From: Tubiluchus corallicola | Taxonomy: Eukaryota > Animalia > Priapulida | Direction: 5' to 3' | Assembly (NCBI GenBank): GCA_030141605.1 | Contig: JAQGDQ010000039.1 | Span: forward strand, 912,748-976,541 | DNA: 63,794 nt | Part shown: piece by piece, positions 56,472 through 63,794 of the stretch | Position numbering within the stretch: the first letter of the stretch is position 1 | Layout: each line of letters starts with the position of its first letter | Notes under the pieces: generated by a model | Told to the model about the DNA's origin: nothing | Database searches by the model: none | The model's input: only the letters and a program-made list of their open reading frames with translations | Made by a program: the position numbers and the translations under genes

Positions 56472-57166
56472 GGTACGCCCAGTACAGGTTGGCACCTACT
56501 GTTTCTTTTGGTACGCCCGATACACTTTGGCACCTACTGTTTCTTTTGGTATGCCCGGTACACTTTGGCATCAACTGTTTCTTTTCCTATGCCCAGTACA
56601 CTTCGGCACTTACTGTTTATTTTGGTATGCCTGGTACACTTTGGCACCTACTGTTTCTTTTGGTACGCCCGGTACACTTTGGCACCTACTGTTTCTTTTG
56701 GTATGCCCGGTACACTTTGGCACCTACTGTTTCTTTTGCTATGCCCGGTATACTTTGGCACCTACTCTTTATTTTGGTACGCCTGGTACACTTTGGCACC
56801 TACTGTTTCTTTTGGTACGCCTGGTACACTTTGGCACCTACTGTTTCTTTTGGTATGCCCGGTACACTTTGGCACCTACTGTTTCTTTTGCTACGCCCGA
56901 TACACTTTGGCACCTACTGTTTCTTTTGCTACGCCCGATACACTTTGGCACCTAGTGTTTCTTTTGCTACGCCCGGTACACTTTGGCACCTACTGTTTCT
57001 TTTGGTACGCCCGTACACTTTGGCACCTACTGTTTCTTTTGCTACGCCCGATACACTTTGGCACCTACTGTTTCTTTTGCTACGCCCGGTACACTTTGGC
57101 ACCTACTGTTTCTTTTGCTACGCCCGGTACACTTTGGCCCATACTGTTTCTTTTGGTACGCCCGAT
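56472..57166. repeat. 38-bp minisatellite (GGTACGCCCGGTACACTTTGGCACCTACTGTTTCTTTT), ~18 copies
   Basis: Tandem units; the ORF translations show a 38-aa period (three units). About three units reappear inverted at 59829-59942. Confidence 0.95.
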
Positions 57167-57447
57167 ATTGTGCTTCTCAAACTACTAAAGAGAAAACTTC
57201 GCTAACAATCCTCACACATAAACAAGTAGGTTTGCACTAAATCCTGGGGTTCATGTGTAAATTTAAGTAAATTGTACGTAGTGATAAATATGTAAATATG
57301 TATATACTTTATTTAATGTTTGATACATCATCTGTAAGGCACCTCGTATTGATTTTTGTCCTGCTCATTAACACTATTGCTTTAACTGGTTACGTAACTC
57401 AGTATATGCGCAGTTAGGCTGTTGTATAACAGATGCAACAGTGTTTC

Positions 57448-57748
<301 letters not shown>

Positions 57749-59056
57749 GTATGCCACGATGCGATAGAGAGGAGGATAATGCACCTGATAAATTCAAATC
57801 TTTATTATTTAACAAATTTTTTATTATTTACTATTGTGCTTCTTCTCCCCTGTGCAATTCATTTCTATTATTTTGGGATTGGACATTAATAACATTGGAT
57901 ATTAATATATAACAACAACAGAGGCAGCGGCAGCTACAGCGGCAGCAACAGCACTGACAACGACAGCGATAACCACAATGACAACGACAACCACAACGAC
58001 AGCGACAACGACATCGACATCGACAACGACAATAACAACAACAACAACAACAACAACAACAATAACAACAAAACTCTGTTGCATCTGTTATACTAACTAT
58101 TGATCATTTACTATTTTACTTCGTTCCCTGTGCCATTTTATTATTTTGGGTTTGACATTAATAACAAGTTATTATTAATCTCTGTGGGTCTCAATTTCTG
58201 GGAAACTAAGACAAGTCAGAACAATTTAAAGCAGAAAATGTCGCAGCTAATCCAGTTACTCAGTCTCCTCCGTGACATTATGAAACTTATTAAAGCTGTC
58301 ATGAATAATTGTCATTTTATGAAGCTGATTTGTGATGGAGAAAAAACGAAACGAAACGAAACGAAAATAACAGCCAACGCCCACTTAAAGTCGTGGCTTT
58401 TACTCGGACAGAAACATCTGCAACGTTTTTCGACAAGCTAAAGCCTTGTTCATATGATACTTTTGCCAAAGATACTGCCAAAAGATACCTTTGAAGGTAG
58501 CTTATTTTCTTTCAAAGGATACACGAAAATGTTACTAAGTGGATATACCTGTAATACGTAACTTGTAAGACTAATAAGAAAGCTAGTAAGTCTTTGTTTT
58601 TTTCTCATCTCCTAAGCAATTGTTGCTCTTTCTCATACTTACTTTTTCTCATGAATTTTTCTATACGTCACTCTTTTTTATGCTTATTTTTCATACGTCT
58701 CAGTTTTTAACTTTACTCACTAGCCTTGGTCACATTCCCCTGTTAATAAGACCCCATTTGAAACTACTACTTTAATACTACTACTACTACTACTACTAAT
58801 AATAATAATAATAACTGAATACTAATTACTGAATAATTGCATTGGTTTGTTTAGATTGAGGTATTTAACTTTATTATTTTTTGTTTTCAGTTCTTTTTTG
58901 CATCATTGGTACTAATTATATATATGTTTTTTCTTATTTGTTTTTGTTTTTGTTATCTGCAGCATCACCGTTAATTTTTAATATACTAATCTATTTATAA
59001 GAAAGGGACTAGAAAGGAGACTAGATGACCCAATGGTCCTTCCCTGCCCTGCTCCA

Positions 59057-59097
<41 letters not shown>

Positions 59098-59302
59098 CTT
59101 TATTTGCCGTAAAAATCGATATTCATAACTATAAAAGCATAAAAGAACATCGCATCACGAGAATAAAATTCACACAACTGTTAAAGGCAAATGCGTCCAG
59201 TGCAAACTAAAAACTACTGTGCCAAAAATTTAAAACAAAATGTACATTATAATGTTACACGCAAATTATAATAGACTATATACAATATATACATACAATA
59301 AT

Positions 59303-59828
<526 letters not shown>

Positions 59829-59830
<2 letters not shown>

Positions 59831-61867
59831 AGAAACAGTTAATGCCAAAGTGTACCGGGCATACCAAAAGAAACAGTAGGTGCCAAAGTGTATCGGGCGT
59901 ACCAAAAGAAACAGTAGGTGCCAACCTGTACTGGGCGTACCAATAGAAATATGCCCATAGGGTGAAAAACGCTGACCTAGTCTCAAAGAAATGTTCCTGG
60001 TTTCAAGTCATATAGTAAAAGATTACACTGGTGGAAGTTCTGGAAGTATAACTTTCTTACTTACTGGACTTGTGTGGTAGTAACTCAGTAGCATTTACTA
60101 ACAAATGCTACGAGCATGTCAATAGTGCACCACACCAGTCCAGTAAGTGTCGTTCATTTGGAACAGCCTGTAGATTTCCTTTCTCCAAACCGAAACGCGT
60201 TAAACGCATGCGCGTTGCCTTACTAACAAATGCTACGAGCATGTCAATAGTGCACCACACCAGTCCAGTAAGTGTCGTTCATTTGGAACAGCCTGTAGAT
60301 TTCCTTTCTCCAAACCGAAACGCGTTAAACGCATGCGCGTTGCCATTTCGTTTTCTCGCGAGACCTCGTACCGCACGAGTTATTGCAACATCTAATTACA
60401 GACGCGCTACGTGAGACAATACAGGCAATTGTAGATAGTTCGTGTTGAAGCCCTATTAATTTGATTGACTTAAGATGTACGGAAGAAGCCAGATACAAAT
60501 GGCTTCTTGATTTTATTGAATACATTCTGTCCGACACAGCTAAATTGATTTGATTCATAGAGAATGAGTTAGTGAGATGTTCTTGTTGTTGTTGGCATCC
60601 TTCTGTCTCGGAAGACAATGGAATGTGCGCCAAGATCCTTGGACGCCTCCAGGGCGCACGCCTGGGCAAGGTGTATGGAGATCCTGAGTTGCCCAGACAA
60701 CAGGAACCCCCTCTCTTCCTCCCTGGTGTAGTCCAAAAGAAAGCGGAGCGATACGTTTGGCACCAGGTTGGCTGCAGGAGCTGCCAGAGTCAGTGAGCAT
60801 GCTGCACTGGTCCGCCTTCGGGGCTCCACTCCTGATTTGGAAGGCTTACTCCTCTACACATGGCCGTTGGGTCACTTGACCTCCTCCGCCCTCTAGCCAT
60901 TGGCTGCTTGTGCAGCTCCTCCGCCTAGTGTTGAGATACAGGATGGGCATCCCTACAGCACCTGGTATTCCTAGGCGGTCACCCATCCAAGCACTAACCA
61001 GGCTCTACGTTGCTTAATTTCGGTGATCAGACGAGAACCGGTGTTTTCAACGTGATTTGGCCGTAGTTAGATGTGAATATAGTTATAATAGTTAGCATTA
61101 GCTTACCTATTTGAAAGACTTATGTAACTGGAAAAGAAAATTCTTAATAATTTAAAGTTCGCGATCCCAGTATGCATCACTGATTCACGCTTTATGAATC
61201 TTATTGACAATATAACGTAATTAATACTTTTGCTTAGTTTGTGAAGAGAGTGTTACGAATTTTCTGATTATTTTTTCTTTAACTTTAAGCTATGACGGCA
61301 CTGAATTGCCATCCCATTGTGCACTAGTGGCTCACCAAGAAACACAATGTCCATCTTATAGACAATACAAAGTAATTTTTGAAACTTTACACACAAAGTT
61401 GTGTTATTTAGCAATAGTCTTATCTGTTTGAAACACTTGTGTAATTAGGAAAGAAAATCTTAATAATTCACGACACCTGGTAGAACAACGCCGTGTGGCA
61501 TCCCAGTGTGCACCACTGGCTCACCAAAAACACATTGTTGATCTTATTGACAATACAAAGTAATTTTCTAAACTTTACCTAATGTTATCGAAACCTGTTT
61601 CAAACCATTTACGGTTAAATTGGCTGCGCCTAACGGTCATCACGAGAGTTTAAATTTTCGAGATTTACGCAGTGTTGCTGCTACCGCATGCTCTGTATGC
61701 AATAAGACACCATGTCAGTGATTAGATTTTGTTATGAAGAGTGTTTACTTATGCTTCAAAGCAAAACTGAACTCAATCTTAAACTGCAGGTCAATGCAAT
61801 CTACTCTTTAAAATATTGAAAGAAAACTTACTACGTTTTCAAAAATGATTTACGTGAAAGAATTATT
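59829..61867 (-). repeat. Inverted copy of 54548-56584
   Basis: Reverse complement matches throughout, with only scattered substitutions by eye. Confidence 0.95.
60581..61068 (-). mobile_element. 5S rRNA-derived SINE, copy 2 (5S head ~60950-61068)
   Basis: Reverse complement of copy 1 including both ACATCT flanks; the head begins aactacggcc. Confidence 0.8.
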
Positions 61868-61877
61868 TCACCATTCG

Positions 61878-62276
61878 CTAGTTAGACGGGCACTGGCGCC
61901 TGCATTTCGGAAACGCATTGCACTAAAACAGGTGCTGTACCTCTCCGTTCAGGTGTGTTAGTTTATTCGACAGCTCATGCGCGAGCACAGCGGTAAATTT
62001 GAAATTCGAATTTTTATCTTAAAACTTGCCTAGTTTTTGTACAACACACTGAACATCTCACAGTAGCATTGTACTTCAATTTTCTCTTTCCCAAACACGT
62101 GCAACATGTTCGTGGAACATATTTGATGTTAGTTTGTGATGTCATCAATAGTTGTGCTCGCATGCCGTTAATTAAGCTTTAAATCTATCATTTAATTATC
62201 ACAAAGCTTTTGTAGTATTAATTGTGTTAAAATGTATACTTTTTATCGGATTTGAAAATGGGGTAGTGTATGAAAA
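61878..62276 (-). mobile_element. Helitron-like element tail, inverted and more diverged copy
   Basis: Reverse complement resembles 54055-54482 and 47950-48373 and ends gcaggcgccagtgcccgtctaactag. Confidence 0.65.
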
Positions 62277-62278
62277 TC

Positions 62279-63794
62279 AGGCAAGTTATGAGATAAAATT
62301 TAAATTTCAAATTTACTGCTGTGTCTCGCTGCAGAGGCTTGTCGAACGTGTGTAGTTCGTCACAAGATAACACACCTGAGCTGAGAGGTACAGCACCTGG
62401 TTTTTGTGCCACGCATTTTCGAAATGCAACCGGCAGTGCCCGTCTAACTAGCGAATGGCGAAGTGCATGTAACAGTGAAGAATTAGTGACGCGAACGTGA
62501 ATTTTTTTGTGTGGTAATAATTCTTTCACGTAAATCATTTTTGAAAACGTAGTAAGTTTTCTTTCAATATTTTAAAGAGTAGATTGCATTGACCTGCAGT
62601 TTAAGATTGAGTTCAGTTTTGCTTTGAAGCATAAGTAAACACTCTTCATAACAAAATCTAATCACTGACATGGTGTCTCATTGCATACAGAGCATGCGGT
62701 AGCAGCAACACTGCGTAAATCTCGAAAATTTAAACTCTCGTGATGACCGTTAGGCGCAGCCAATTTAACCGTAAATGGTTTGAAACAGGTTTCGATAACA
62801 TTAGGTAAAGTTTAGAAAATTACTTTGTATTGTCAATAAGATCAACAATGTGTTTTTGGTGAACCAGCAGGATACTGGGATGCCACACGGCGTTGTTCTA
62901 CCAGGTGTCGTGGTGAATTATTAAGATTTTCTTCCTAATTCATAATGTTAAGCCAAACAGATAAGACTATTGCTAAATAATACACTTTTTGTAAAAAGAA
63001 GTCAAAATTACTTTAGCCATTCATAACATTTATCATTGTGCTTCTTGGTATTTAACAGTGCACAATGATTTCTGGCAATTCAGTGTCATAGTTAAAGTTA
63101 AAGAAAAAATAATCAGAAAAATTCGTGAACACCCTTCACAACTAAGTAAAAGTATTAATTACGTTATACACAATAAGATTCATAAAGCGAATCTAAAGTG
63201 ATGGTACGCTGATCAGAACTTTAAATTATTAATTTTCTTTTCCAAGCCACATGTCTTCAAATAGGTGCTAATGCTAACTATTATAACTAGTTAACCAATA
63301 TATTTAAAAATCACGTTGACAACACCGGTTCTCGTCTGATCACTGAAGTTAAGCAACGTAGAGCCTGGTTAGTACTTGGATGGGTGACCGCCTAGGAATA
63401 CCAGGTACTGTAAGCCTGCGGGATGCCCACACTGTATCTCAACACTGGGAGGAAGAGCTGCACAAGCAGCCAACGGCTAGAGGACGGAGGAGGTCAAGTG
63501 ACCCAACGGCCATGTGTAGAAGAGTAAACCTTCCAAATCAGGAGCGGAGCCCCGAAGGCGGACCAATGCAGCATGCTCACTAACTCCGTCAGCTCCTGCA
63601 GCCAACCTGGTGCCAAACGTATTGCTCCGCTTTCCTTTAGGCTACACCAGCGAGGAAGAGAGGGGGTTCCTGTTGTCTGGGCAACTCAGGATCTCCATAC
63701 ACCTTGCCCAGGCGTGTGCCCTGGAGACGTTCACCTGACTGTCTTGGCGCACACTCCATTGTCTTCCGAGACAGAAGGATGCCAACAACAACAA
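62279..63794 (+). repeat. Third (direct) copy of 54312-55831, running to the window end
   Basis: Near-identical from ~62280 to 62865, then rich in small indels from 62865 to 63310. Confidence 0.93.
63309..63794 (+). mobile_element. 5S rRNA-derived SINE, copy 3 (5S head ~63309-63416, 5' end degraded)
   Basis: aatcacgttgacaacaccggttctcgtctgatcactgaagttaagc...ggtactgtaagcc followed by the same body and an (AAC)n tail. Confidence 0.8.

Noticed and set aside
56472-57166. CRISPR-like regular repeat, or repetitive proteins from ORFs 56427-57205
   Set aside because: Units are contiguous with no unique spacers, the context is eukaryotic and no cas genes are present. The ORFs are open in all three frames only because the 38-mer has no stops.

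Overview
AT-rich eukaryotic (invertebrate animal; the 5S sequence resembles lophotrochozoan 5S) genomic DNA with spliceosomal GT-AG genes. The first ~32 kb holds a complete 15-coding-exon ZER1 gene (minus strand, 14601->2342) and a 12-exon TBC1D13 gene (plus strand, ~17715->31521) head-to-head, the same arrangement as in human. Their introns carry CR1/L2-type LINE relics, a hAT relic, MITEs and tRNA-derived repeats. A Spaetzle-type cystine-knot gene lies on the minus strand at ~38.2-41.1 kb. From ~36 kb onward the DNA is dominated by microsatellites, minisatellites, Harbinger, foldback and Helitron-like elements. It ends in a forward/inverted/forward triplication (54.3-63.8 kb). Each arm carries the most unusual element in the window: a full-length 5S rRNA sequence with no terminator, fused to an RTE-LINE-like body and an (AAC)n tail and flanked by a candidate 6-bp target-site duplication, i.e. 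a probable 5S-derived SINE (SINE3). All family assignments are from reading the sequence and recalled family features; no searches were run.
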